64,000 nucleotides of DNA from an uncultured Lachnospiraceae bacterium (GTDB taxonomy: Bacteria > Bacillota > Clostridia > Lachnospirales > Lachnospiraceae), in contig CACZZH010000001.1 in assembly GCA_902785635.1 (NCBI GenBank), forward strand, positions 14,229 to 78,228, written 5' to 3'. The notes beneath the pieces were generated by a model that was not told the DNA's origin, did no database searches, and saw only the letters and a list, made by a program, of their open reading frames with translations. Below are positions 25,907-34,566 of this stretch, in pieces. The position numbers and the translations under genes were made by a program. How positions within the stretch are numbered: position 1 is the first letter of the stretch; the number at the start of each line of letters is the position of its first letter.

Positions 25907-27811
25907 TTACAGGTTCTTGACAAACAGCGCCCTGATGGCGTTCAGCACGGCAATGATCATCACTCCGACATCCGAAATGATTGCCACCCACATATTGGCG
26001 ATGCCGAAGGCACCAAGGATCAGGCAAAGGATCTTTATGCCCAGCGCGAATACAATATTCTGATGCACGATGCGGATACATTTTCTGGAGATCTTGATGG
26101 CTTTGGCGATCTTCATGGGATCATCATCCATCAGGACTACATCCGCCGCCTCAATGGCTGCGTCTGAACCCATGGCGCCCATTGCCACTCCGATATCCGC
26201 CCGGGAAAGCACCGGCGCATCGTTAATGCCGTCGCCGACAAAAGCCAGCTTTGCCTTCGCATCTTTTTCTTTCAGAAGCTTCTCCACCCACGTGACCTTG
26301 TCGGCCGGGAGCAGGCCTGCATGATATTCGTCCACCGCCACTTCCTTCGCTACGGAAGCGGCCACATTTTCGGCATCGCCGGTCAGCATGACGTTTTTCT
26401 TTATGCCGGCTTTTTTCAGCTGGAGCATGGCTTCCTTCGAGGTGGGCTTCAGCTCATCCGCAATCACAATATGTCCGGCATATTTCCCGGCTACTGCCAT
26501 ATGTACGATCGTCCCCACATGATGGCAGTCATGGTACGCAATACCGAGTCTGTCCATGAGCCTGGTGTTGCCTGCGGCCACATCGATCCCGTCTATCTTG
26601 CCGGTCACACCATGTCCGCTGATCTCCTTTACATCCGTCACGCGCGCACTGTCAATGTGTTTTCCGTATGCCTTCTTCAGGCTCTGACTGATGGGGTGAG
26701 AGGAGTGACTTTCGACCAGTGCCGCGTACTCCAGCAGCTTGTCACTCTCGATCGGGCTGTGATGCACCGCCGTTACCTCAAAGTTACCGCGGGTGATGGT
26801 GCCGGTCTTATCAAACACGACCACCTTCACCTCTGACATAGCCTCCAGATAATTGGATCCTTTGATCAGAATTCCCTGGTTGCTGGCTCCGCCCAGCCCC
26901 GCGAAGAAGCTCAGCGGGATGCTGATAACCACTGCGCATGGGCAGCTGATCACCAGGAAAGTGCAGGCACGGTAGATCCATTCCGCGATCATCGGATTCT
27001 TTCCCATGACCGCCAGCACGATAGGCGGAACCACAGCCAGTGCCAGTGCCGCAAAGCAGACAATGGGCGTATAGTACCGGGCGAACCTGGAAATGAAATT
27101 CTCGGATTTCGATTTTCTGGAAGCGGCATTCTCCACCAGATCCAGAATCTTGGAAGCTGTAGATTCGTCAAATTCGGTCGTCGTACGAACCCGAAGTACA
27201 CCCGTCTCGTTGATGCAGCCGCTCAGGACCTCGCTTCCTTCAGTGACATTCCTCGGAACGCTTTCGCCGGTCAGAGCCGCTGTGTTCAGTGAAGAAGTTC
27301 CCTCCACGACCACGCCGTCCAGAGGAATTTTTTCTCCGGGCTGCACCACGATGATCGAACCCACCTCCACTTCGTCCGGATCGACCTTCGTGATCTCTCC
27401 ATCCTCTTCGATGTTGGCATAATCCGGCCGAATATCCATCAGTTCGGAAATGTTCCTGCGGGACTTGCCTACCGCATAACTCTGGAACAGCTCGCCGATC
27501 TGATACAGCAGCATGACCGCTACGGCCTCCAGATAATCATCATCCCCGCCGTGCATGGCATTGTAAATGCCCACGCCAATGGCTCCGATGGTGGCTACGG
27601 TCATGAGAAAGTTTTCGTCGAAGACCTGTCCGTTGCGGATGCCGTGCCAGGCTTTCTTTAAAATATCATGGCCCACGATCAGGTAAGGGACCATGTACAG
27701 GGCCAGCTTCAGATACCATGTCGGAATCACGCTGTCCAGAAGCAGCAGCGCAATTACACACACAATCGCCGCAATGATGCGGTACAGCAGATTTTTCTGT
27801 TTCTTGTTCAT
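25907..27811 (-). CDS. P1B-type heavy-metal-translocating ATPase (Zn/Cd/Co class by motifs), lacking a fused metal-binding domain
   Basis: SCPCAVVISIP, DKTGTITRG, SSHPIS, TGD, GDGINDAP, and SDVG in the last TM region. ATG at 27811 is 7 nt after GAGGAG. Confidence 0.9.
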   Translation of the reverse strand: MNKKQKNLLYRIIAAIVCVIALLLLDSVIPTWYLKLALYMVPYLIVGHDILKKAWHGIRNGQVFDENFLMTVATIGAIGVGIYNAMHGGDDDYLEAVAVMLLYQIGELFQSYAVGKSRRNISELMDIRPDYANIEEDGEITKVDPDEVEVGSIIVVQPGEKIPLDGVVVEGTSSLNTAALTGESVPRNVTEGSEVLSGCINETGVLRVRTTTEFDESTASKILDLVENAASRKSKSENFISRFARYYTPIVCFAALALAVVPPIVLAVMGKNPMIAEWIYRACTFLVISCPCAVVISIPLSFFAGLGGASNQGILIKGSNYLEAMSEVKVVVFDKTGTITRGNFEVTAVHHSPIESDKLLEYAALVESHSSHPISQSLKKAYGKHIDSARVTDVKEISGHGVTGKIDGIDVAAGNTRLMDRLGIAYHDCHHVGTIVHMAVAGKYAGHIVIADELKPTSKEAMLQLKKAGIKKNVMLTGDAENVAASVAKEVAVDEYHAGLLPADKVTWVEKLLKEKDAKAKLAFVGDGINDAPVLSRADIGVAMGAMGSDAAIEAADVVLMDDDPMKIAKAIKISRKCIRIVHQNIVFALGIKILCLILGAFGIANMWVAIISDVGVMIIAVLNAIRALFVKNL

Positions 27812-27895
27812 AAACAGACTCCTCAAAAAACGAATCACAAACCAGACAGCTTCAGAACAGCACTCACAGGAAATTCATCCGGATTTCCTGCAGAC

Positions 27896-27934
27896 TTAAA
27901 AATGCAGCACCCTGACGGTGCCAGCGTGCTGCAT
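27896..27934 (-). terminator. Intra-operon hairpin with U-tract between the HMA gene and the ATPase gene
   Basis: On the minus strand: ATGCAGCAC-15 nt-GTGCTGCAT followed by TTTTAAG. Confidence 0.45.
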
Positions 27935-27939
27935 ATGAC

Positions 27940-28161
27940 TCAATCCAGATAGACTTCACAGTCATCCTCTACTTTTTTGCAGTTTGTGCGCACATTCGGC
28001 ATCACTACTGCCGGATCCGCACCTTCTTCAAACTCCACCTTCATTTTCAGAGTCATAAAGCTAACCGTCGCATCCTTCACGCCTTCGGTCTTCCTGGCTG
28101 CTTCCTGCATTTTCTCCGCACAGGCTGCACAGTCCACATCGATCTTATAACTCTTTTTCAT
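27940..28161 (-). CDS. Stand-alone heavy-metal-associated (HMA) domain protein
   Basis: MKKSYKIDVDCAACAEKM… has a CxxC in the ferredoxin-like HMA context. ATG at 28161 follows GGAGGG. Confidence 0.75.
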   Translation of the reverse strand: MKKSYKIDVDCAACAEKMQEAARKTEGVKDATVSFMTLKMKVEFEEGADPAVVMPNVRTNCKKVEDDCEVYLD

Positions 28162-28187
28162 CTGTATTCCCTCCATACAAAATATAT

Positions 28188-28213
28188 TATTTAGATATGA
28201 ACATATCTTAATA
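28188..28213. promoter_or_regulatory. 12-2-12 imperfect inverted repeat, candidate ArsR/SmtB operator
   Basis: TATTTAGATATG-AA-CATATCTTAATA (11/12 arms), between the promoter -10 box and the HMA gene ribosome-binding site. Confidence 0.55.
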
Positions 28214-28225
28214 TGTACATTTATT

Positions 28226-28254
28226 ATCATATACTTGTTTCCTGCTTCTGTCAA
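28226..28254 (-). promoter_or_regulatory. Sigma-A-type promoter of the metal-efflux operon
   Basis: TTGACA-17 nt-TATGAT on the minus strand. Confidence 0.6.
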
Positions 28255-28379
28255 CCCCTGAAAAGACAGATCTGCATTTATTGGAATCATAAAGTGCATC
28301 CTGCACGGAGTGCTTTTTGTCTATAAGACAAAAACATCCCGAAAAGTCTTATTCTGCAAGACTTTTCGGGATAGTGGCA

Positions 28380-29924
28380 TTATTCCAGTTCGATGGTCGC
28401 CGGCGGTTTTCCGGTGCAGTCATAGAGCACACGGTTTACCCCTTTCACTTCATTGACGATCCGTGTCGTCACTTTGGAAAGGACATTCCATGGAATCTGC
28501 GCAGCATCGGCGGTCATAAAGTCGGAGGTATTGACAGCCCGCAGAACGACTGCATAGTCATAAGTCCGGAAATCCCCCATGACTCCCACAGAATGCATAT
28601 TGGAGAGAGCGGCAAAATACTGTCCCAGCCCATTCTCGAGACCTGCTCCTGCGATCTCCTCTCGGAAAATAGCGTCCGCTTCCTGTACGATGCGCACTTT
28701 CTCAGGTGTGATCTCTCCGACGATCCGGACGCCCAGTCCGGGACCGGGGAACGGCTGCCGCCAGACAAGCTGCGCCGGAATTCCAAGCTCCAGCCCGACG
28801 CGTCTCACTTCATCCTTGAACAGGAGCCGGAGCGGTTCAATGATCTCCTTAAAATCAACCACAGAGGGAAGTCCGCCGACATTGTGATGAGATTTGATCA
28901 CTGCGGATTTTCCAAGGCCGGATTCGATCACATCAGGATAGATCGTTCCCTGGACGAGAAAATCTACCGCGCCGATCCTGCGGGCTTCCTCTTCAAAGAT
29001 CCGGATAAACTCTTCTCCGATGATCTTTCTTTTTTGCTCCGGTTCCGTAACGCCCTTCAGCTTTTCATAATAACGCTGCGACGCGTTCACCCTTATAAAG
29101 TTCAGCTCATAGGGGCCGTCCGGGCCAAAGACAGCTTCCACTTCATCCCCTTCGCTTTTCCGAAGGAGTCCGTGATCAACGAACACACAGGTAAGCTGTT
29201 TCCCGATGGCTTTGGAAAGAAGCACTGCAGCAACGGAAGAATCGACTCCTCCGGATAAGGCGCACAAAGCTCTGCCGGAACCGATCTTCTTTTTTAACGT
29301 CTCGATGGAAGCAGAAACAAAGGAATCCATCTTCCATTCCCCCTTGCATCCGCATATGCGGTATACAAAGTTGCTGAGCATGGTCTTTCCCTCAGGGGTA
29401 TGCATGACTTCAGGATGGAACTGGACCGCATAGATCTTCCGCCCGGGGCAGGACATTGCAGCCACCGGGCACACTTCAGAATGAGCGGTCACATGAAATC
29501 CTTCCGGCAGACCGGAGATATAATCGGTGTGACTCATCCAGGCAACCGTATGGGCGGATACTCCATACAGAAGCAGATCCTCCGGATCATCCACTTCAAT
29601 ATCCGTATGTCCGTATTCACTGACCGGTGCACTCGAAACATCTCCGTCCTCGAGGAACGCGATCAGCTGAGAGCCATAACAGATCCCAAGGACCGGGATA
29701 CCCAGCGAAAAGATCTCTCTGGAATATTTCGGAGAGGATTCCTCATATACACTGTTTGGTCCGCCGGTAAAAATGATGCCCTTCGGGGCGATCTGACGGA
29801 TCTGCTCCAATGTGATCGTATGCGGATACACCTCGGAATACACATTGCATTCTCGTACCCGCCTGGCGATCAGCTGATTATACTGTCCGCCAAAATCCAG
29901 TACCATTATTTTTTCGTTCGTCAT
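28380..29924 (-). CDS. guaA: GMP synthase (glutamine-hydrolysing)
   Basis: GATase domain ([23 protein letters not shown]). PP-loop SGGVDSSV. C-terminal [13 protein letters not shown] at 29924 follows GGAGGA. Confidence 0.95.
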   Translation of the reverse strand: MTNEKIMVLDFGGQYNQLIARRVRECNVYSEVYPHTITLEQIRQIAPKGIIFTGGPNSVYEESSPKYSREIFSLGIPVLGICYGSQLIAFLEDGDVSSAPVSEYGHTDIEVDDPEDLLLYGVSAHTVAWMSHTDYISGLPEGFHVTAHSEVCPVAAMSCPGRKIYAVQFHPEVMHTPEGKTMLSNFVYRICGCKGEWKMDSFVSASIETLKKKIGSGRALCALSGGVDSSVAAVLLSKAIGKQLTCVFVDHGLLRKSEGDEVEAVFGPDGPYELNFIRVNASQRYYEKLKGVTEPEQKRKIIGEEFIRIFEEEARRIGAVDFLVQGTIYPDVIESGLGKSAVIKSHHNVGGLPSVVDFKEIIEPLRLLFKDEVRRVGLELGIPAQLVWRQPFPGPGLGVRIVGEITPEKVRIVQEADAIFREEIAGAGLENGLGQYFAALSNMHSVGVMGDFRTYDYAVVLRAVNTSDFMTADAAQIPWNVLSKVTTRIVNEVKGVNRVLYDCTGKPPATIELE

Positions 29925-30064
29925 AATAGTCCTCCAGAAAAACACGTATGGCTTATTATGTCACAGCTTTTTTTTCTGTACAAGAAAAAAGTATTATTCC
30001 AAACCGGAATATGCTATGATTTCGATATGGAAATAAGAGTTTTTATACGAAACGGAGATTTAAA

Positions 30065-31024
30065 ATGATGCAAAATGAGAATAAAACGGCCTTGTTTCTG
30101 GATTGCAGCAGCGGCCTTTCGGGCGATCTGTTTGTCGGAGCCCTTCTGGATCTGGGAGCAGATGCGCAGAAGCTCGTACAGACCCTGAACACACTTCCTC
30201 TGGACGGATTTTCGATCCGGATCAGCCGTGTAAATAAATCTGCATTGAATGTATGTGATTTTGATGTGATCCTTGACGGTCCTGAAGCCGGTCTGGATCA
30301 TAATATGGATTACCTGTACGGACATGAACACGACCATGCCCACGCAGAGCACATGCACAGCCACGAAGAACAGGGGAATGAACCCGGCCACAGTCACGCA
30401 GAGCATACTCATGAGCACGTTCACAGTCATACAGAGCATACTCATGAACATGTTCACAGTCACGCAGAACATACTCATGAACATGTTCACAGTCACGCAG
30501 AACATGTCCACCGCAGTCTGGAAGACATCACCCGCATCCTGAAGGGCGGTGCCCTCAGCGAAAATGCCCTGGCGACAGCATTGAAAGTATTTACGATCGT
30601 CGCACAGGCAGAAGCCCATGTTCACGGAAAAACCGTTGAGGAAGTACATTTCCATGAAGTGGGAGCGGTGGATTCCATCGTGGATATCGCAGCTGCAGCG
30701 ATCTGTCTGGATGACCTGCACATAGACAGGGTGGTCCTTACCCATCTGACCGACGGTACCGGCACCGTGCGCTGCCAGCATGGCATCCTTCCCATTCCTG
30801 TCCCGGCAGTGGCACAGATCGCTGCTGCCCACGGCATCCCGCTGCATATTGCGCCGATACACGGAGAGCTGGTCACTCCGACCGGAGCAGCCCTTGCCGC
30901 CGGCATCCGCACGGAAGATCATCTGCCGGATCGGTTCTCTATCAAAAAAATAGGCATGGGCGCAGGAAAGCGGGACTATGAGACCGCCGGATTTCTGCGC
31001 GCCATGCTGATCGAAGCCTGCTGA
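30065..31024 (+). CDS. larC: LarC-family nickel-insertion protein, N-terminal domain only, with a His-rich repeat insert
   Basis: LFLDCSSGLSGDLFVGALLDLGAD… and VHFHEVGAVDSIVDIAAAAICLDDL blocks. Ends at …GMGAGKRDYETAGFLRAML, where the LarC N-domain normally ends. No C-terminal domain follows. Confidence 0.75.
   Translation: MMQNENKTALFLDCSSGLSGDLFVGALLDLGADAQKLVQTLNTLPLDGFSIRISRVNKSALNVCDFDVILDGPEAGLDHNMDYLYGHEHDHAHAEHMHSHEEQGNEPGHSHAEHTHEHVHSHTEHTHEHVHSHAEHTHEHVHSHAEHVHRSLEDITRILKGGALSENALATALKVFTIVAQAEAHVHGKTVEEVHFHEVGAVDSIVDIAAAAICLDDLHIDRVVLTHLTDGTGTVRCQHGILPIPVPAVAQIAAAHGIPLHIAPIHGELVTPTGAALAAGIRTEDHLPDRFSIKKIGMGAGKRDYETAGFLRAMLIEAC
30389..30508 (+). repeat. 33-bp x3.6 in-frame tandem repeat (HSHAEHTHEHV units)
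   Basis: cacagtcacgcagagcatactcatgagcacgtt and two near-identical copies, plus a partial fourth. Confidence 0.9.
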
Positions 31025-31110
31025 GCCTTTTCATCCGGTTCAGACAGCTCTTATTCGTTCGGATTCATCTGATGCATATGTCGGACGGCGAAGTCAAAGC
31101 TCTTCTGCTT

Positions 31111-32403
31111 TCACGACAACTCCGTATCCGCATATATCTTGCGAATCTGTGTATAACCGTTCTTTTCCAGAGTCTCCACCTGGAATTTGGCGTTTTTCTT
31201 TAACGGCTGCACCGTCACAACATTCCCCGCATCCCGAAGAGCAGTAGCTTTCTCAAAGACAGCTGTAAGCTTTTCCGCGGGGATCTTTTCATCTACAAGG
31301 AACGCCATATGGTTTACGGCGACCCCCGGATCCTGCCAGTTCAGATCACGAAGGATGGTTACGATCCGCTCAAAACCGATAGAGAAACCACATGCCGGAG
31401 CAGGCTGATTGGAAAAACGCCCGATCATCTCGTCATATCTTCCGCCGCCGGCTATCGAGAAATTGTAACCGTCAATGCTGATCTCAAAAATCGTTCCGGT
31501 ATAGTAGGACATTCCGCGCACAAGTGTGGGATCGAACTTCAGATGCACTCCCGGAGCGATCATCTTCTGCACGCTCCCGAGAATCGTATCCATACCTGCC
31601 GCTACTGACGGATCCAGTGTGTCCGCACATGTCTTTGCACAGAAACCGCTGCAGGAAGGAGCACATCCGTGATCTTCTTCCCCGCTGTATGGAGCTTCAA
31701 ACATTCCCGTGTACTTTTCCACGGTCTCCGCGGCATACCCGTGCTCAACCAGCATTTTCTTCACACCGTCCAGTCCGATCTTATCCATCTTATCCAGGGT
31801 GATAAACACATCATCATACTGGTCAGGTGTAAATCCGGCGCTCGCCGCCATTGCTTTCAGGATCCGGCGGTCATTGATATGGACAGTGAATTCACTTACC
31901 CCTACTTCCGAAAAAATGCGTGTAAGCATGCCGGATGTCGCAGCGATCAGTTCGATCTCCGCCATGATGGATCCGTCTCCGATGATATCAATGTCACACT
32001 GCGTAAACTGGCGGAACCGGCCTTTCTGCGGATTATCTGCTCTCCAGACATTTCCGATCTGCAGCGCTTTCAGAGGCGTAGGCAGCTCATTGCGGTTTTT
32101 CGCATAAAACCGGGCAAGCGGAACCGTCAGATCATAACGCATGCCGCTGTCGGCGATCTCACCGGTAGCAAGTCCCTTTTCGAGCTCACGTCCCCGCTTC
32201 ATTACTTTGAAGATCAGTTTTTCATTTTCCCCGCCCACTTTTCCGGTAAGGTTCTCGATATGCTCCATGCAGGGCGTTTCGATCTCGTCAAAACCGTACC
32301 TGGCATAAGTGTCGCGAATCATGCGCAGAACATGCTGGCGAAGCCTCATTTCCTGCGGAAGGAAATCATTCATGCCTTTAACGGGAGTTGCTATAAATTT
32401 CAT
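31111..32403 (-). CDS. hisS: Histidine--tRNA ligase (eukaryote/archaeal-like subtype)
   Basis: GMNDFLP, RYDLTVPLARF, and motif 2 GRFRQFTQCDIDIIG. Motif 3 region GGGRYDEMIGRF. C-terminal anticodon-binding domain. Confidence 0.9.
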   Translation of the reverse strand: MKFIATPVKGMNDFLPQEMRLRQHVLRMIRDTYARYGFDEIETPCMEHIENLTGKVGGENEKLIFKVMKRGRELEKGLATGEIADSGMRYDLTVPLARFYAKNRNELPTPLKALQIGNVWRADNPQKGRFRQFTQCDIDIIGDGSIMAEIELIAATSGMLTRIFSEVGVSEFTVHINDRRILKAMAASAGFTPDQYDDVFITLDKMDKIGLDGVKKMLVEHGYAAETVEKYTGMFEAPYSGEEDHGCAPSCSGFCAKTCADTLDPSVAAGMDTILGSVQKMIAPGVHLKFDPTLVRGMSYYTGTIFEISIDGYNFSIAGGGRYDEMIGRFSNQPAPACGFSIGFERIVTILRDLNWQDPGVAVNHMAFLVDEKIPAEKLTAVFEKATALRDAGNVVTVQPLKKNAKFQVETLEKNGYTQIRKIYADTELS

Positions 32404-32697
32404 ATTGTATTCCGCCTTCCTCTACTCGTTCGTTTCCTGTTTTCCTCTTTATGGCATATTTATCGTGCCATAAAGGTATGTATGGAAGCAAAGCTCTCAT
32501 ACTTTAAAACAGATATCATCATATCATCAACAACGCCGATTGTCACGCATTATACTTGCGAACGCAAACTGTTTCTGGATGGAAATGATCTTCCCCGAAA
32601 TAAGCGGCTGATTGTTGCGTTGACATACTTTAGCGCAAATCTTACCAAACTAACCAGCTTCATTAATAATTTTTTATGAATTATTCACACTATCGCC

Positions 32698-32726
32698 TTG
32701 ACTTTGCATATCCAATGGCATATAAT
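32698..32726 (+). promoter_or_regulatory. Sigma-A-type promoter of the cold-shock gene
   Basis: TTGACT-17 nt-TATAAT. It leaves a ~125-nt 5' UTR. Confidence 0.6.
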
Positions 32727-32854
32727 CAAAAAGCGGTCGGGATATTGTAACGTAAAACGTAGTTCTTTAATATTTCACACAGTATGTATGATGTTCTAGG
32801 TTTTCTTCATTTCCTTCGCAATATTAATAAAATTTTGTTTGGAGGTATTTTGCA

Positions 32855-33049
32855 ATGTACAAAGGCAAAGTAAGATGGTTTAAAAACACTTACGGTTTCA
32901 TTATTGGCGAAGATGGTCAGGATGTTTTCGTCCACTGGTCCGCAATCGAAGGAGATGGATATAAAACTCTGGAAGTCGATCAGGAAGTAACCTATGACCT
33001 GACCGAAGATGAAAAAGGTGTTAAAGCCATCAACGTTCGCAGAGTCTGA
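32855..33049 (+). CDS. Cold-shock protein (CspA family)
   Basis: 64 aa. RNP1-like KNTYGFI and RNP2-like VFVHWS. GGAGG ribosome-binding site. Confidence 0.9.
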   Translation: MYKGKVRWFKNTYGFIIGEDGQDVFVHWSAIEGDGYKTLEVDQEVTYDLTEDEKGVKAINVRRV

Positions 33050-33116
33050 TTGAAATACCTATCCGGTGCCGTACGGCAGGGATGTTTAAAGATAAGATAT
33101 TCAGAACTGAAAATCA

Positions 33117-33171
33117 GAGGGGACGTTTCCGCGCAGCCTGATTTGCTGCGGGAGCGTCCCCTCGTTTTATT
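33117..33171. terminator. Bidirectional rho-independent terminator (csp / hflX)
   Basis: GAGGGGACG-29 nt-CGTCCCCTC, with GTTTTATT on the plus strand and TGATTTTC on the minus strand. Confidence 0.65.
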
Positions 33172-33202
33172 ATGCACATCAATGCATACAAATCCGCGCA
33201 TT

Positions 33203-34462
33203 TCATACGTTCCCGTATATTTCCGGCGGCACCAGCGCTGTCAGCGCGATCCCTTCAGAGCGGTACTCCAGGCTGAGGATCTTTCCATACTTGCGGATCA
33301 GAGCCTCCTTCCCGGCCAGATGGTACGGATAGAGGCGTTCGATCCGGATGAGATGCTCTGTAAGGAGTTCTTCCATCTGCAGCGCCAGTTCCTCCATCCC
33401 CTCTCCGGTCGCTGCGCTCCCGCAAATGCTTCTTTCGGCGTTTACATCCCGAAGCCTGGTTCGTCCGACACACCGGTCCTGCTTGTTGAAAAGCGTAATG
33501 ATCTTTTTCCCGGCGGCTCCCAGTTCGCGAAGGGTCTCATAAACCACGTACATCTGTTTCTCCATCTCCGGACTGGATGCATCTACGACATGCAGGATCA
33601 GATCGGCATATTTGGCTTCTTCCAGGGTGCTTCGGAATGCTTCGATCAGGGTATGGGGGAGTTTGCGTATAAAACCTACGGTATCGGTGAGCAGGACCTG
33701 CGTCCCACCCGGAAGAATATATCCTCTTGTCACCGGATCGAGTGTCGCAAAAAGCTGGTCCTGCGCATACACGCCTGCCTGGGTAAGGCAGTTGAGAAGG
33801 GTGGACTTTCCGGCATTCGTGTAGCCGACGATGGCCACCTCTGCCATCACGCCTTCTGCACGGCTTTTCCGGACAAGGCTCCGGTGTCGGCGCACTTCCT
33901 CCAGCTCTTTTTTCAGGTGGGAGATCCTCTCCCGGATCCGCCGCCGGTCGATCTCAAGCTTCTTCTCCCCGGGGCCGCGGGTCCCGATGCCGCCGCCCTG
34001 ACGCGAGAGGATCTTTCCCATTCCGGAAAGATGCGTTGCCCGGTAGGTGAGCTGTGCCAGTTCCACCTGAATCTTTCCTTCACTGGTACTGGCATGTTCT
34101 GCAAAGATATCCAGAATCAGAAGCGTACGGTCCAGTACCGGGCACTCCAGCATACTCTGCAGATTGCGCATCTGTACCGGAGAGAGCTCATCATCACAGA
34201 TCACCGCATCTGCCTTTTCCTCTTCTGCCAGAAGCATAAGTTCCTCCACTTTTCCGGTTCCAAGGTAGGTGACCGGGTGCGGATCACTGCGCAGCTGAAG
34301 GATCCGGCCTGCAACGGATCCGCCTGCTGTCCGGGCAAGTGCTTCCAGTTCATCCATGGATTCAATACTTTCCGCTTCATCGCCGGTACACACTCCGGCC
34401 AGAATCACTCGCTCTTTCTTTTCACTTTCCCGGACATCCTTATTCCAAAGCTTCTGCTCCAT
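33203..34462 (-). CDS. hflX: GTPase HflX
   Basis: HflX N-domain (GTGKVEEL…, DDELSPVQMRNL). G-domain GYTNAGKSTL, DTVGF, NKQD. Confidence 0.9.
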   Translation of the reverse strand: MEQKLWNKDVRESEKKERVILAGVCTGDEAESIESMDELEALARTAGGSVAGRILQLRSDPHPVTYLGTGKVEELMLLAEEEKADAVICDDELSPVQMRNLQSMLECPVLDRTLLILDIFAEHASTSEGKIQVELAQLTYRATHLSGMGKILSRQGGGIGTRGPGEKKLEIDRRRIRERISHLKKELEEVRRHRSLVRKSRAEGVMAEVAIVGYTNAGKSTLLNCLTQAGVYAQDQLFATLDPVTRGYILPGGTQVLLTDTVGFIRKLPHTLIEAFRSTLEEAKYADLILHVVDASSPEMEKQMYVVYETLRELGAAGKKIITLFNKQDRCVGRTRLRDVNAERSICGSAATGEGMEELALQMEELLTEHLIRIERLYPYHLAGKEALIRKYGKILSLEYRSEGIALTALVPPEIYGNV

Positions 34463-34566
34463 ACACTCTCCTTCATGCAGCGTTTTGGGGGCAACCTTTT
34501 TATATTTTGCGGCTGTTCGGAGACACAGTTTCCGTTTCCGGAAGGCATCAGGCAGCTGCCAGGCAG

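Noticed and set aside
29925-30064. Possible purine riboswitch upstream of guaA.
   Set aside because: The leader does not contain the conserved purine-aptamer junction sequences. It is only an AT-rich promoter region with a small A/T palindrome.
30389-30508. CRISPR-like regular repeats. I made the same check for 57235-57378 and 7280-7327.
   Set aside because: The units are directly adjacent with no spacers. They are in frame within ORFs and encode His-rich, Pro/Ala-rich or acidic peptide repeats. No cas genes are present.
31025-31110. A LarC C-terminal domain in another frame (larC1/larC2-type frameshift).
   Set aside because: Only 86 nt separate the larC stop from the convergent hisS stop. 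No frame can encode the ~130-aa domain.
32404-32700. Possible T-box leader upstream of hisS. I made the same check for proS at 43363-43492.
   Set aside because: I could not find a T-box consensus (AANNNGGGTGGTACCGCG-like) or a specifier-loop arrangement on the minus strand. The proS leader is only ~130 nt, too short for a T-box. A covariance-model scan would be decisive.
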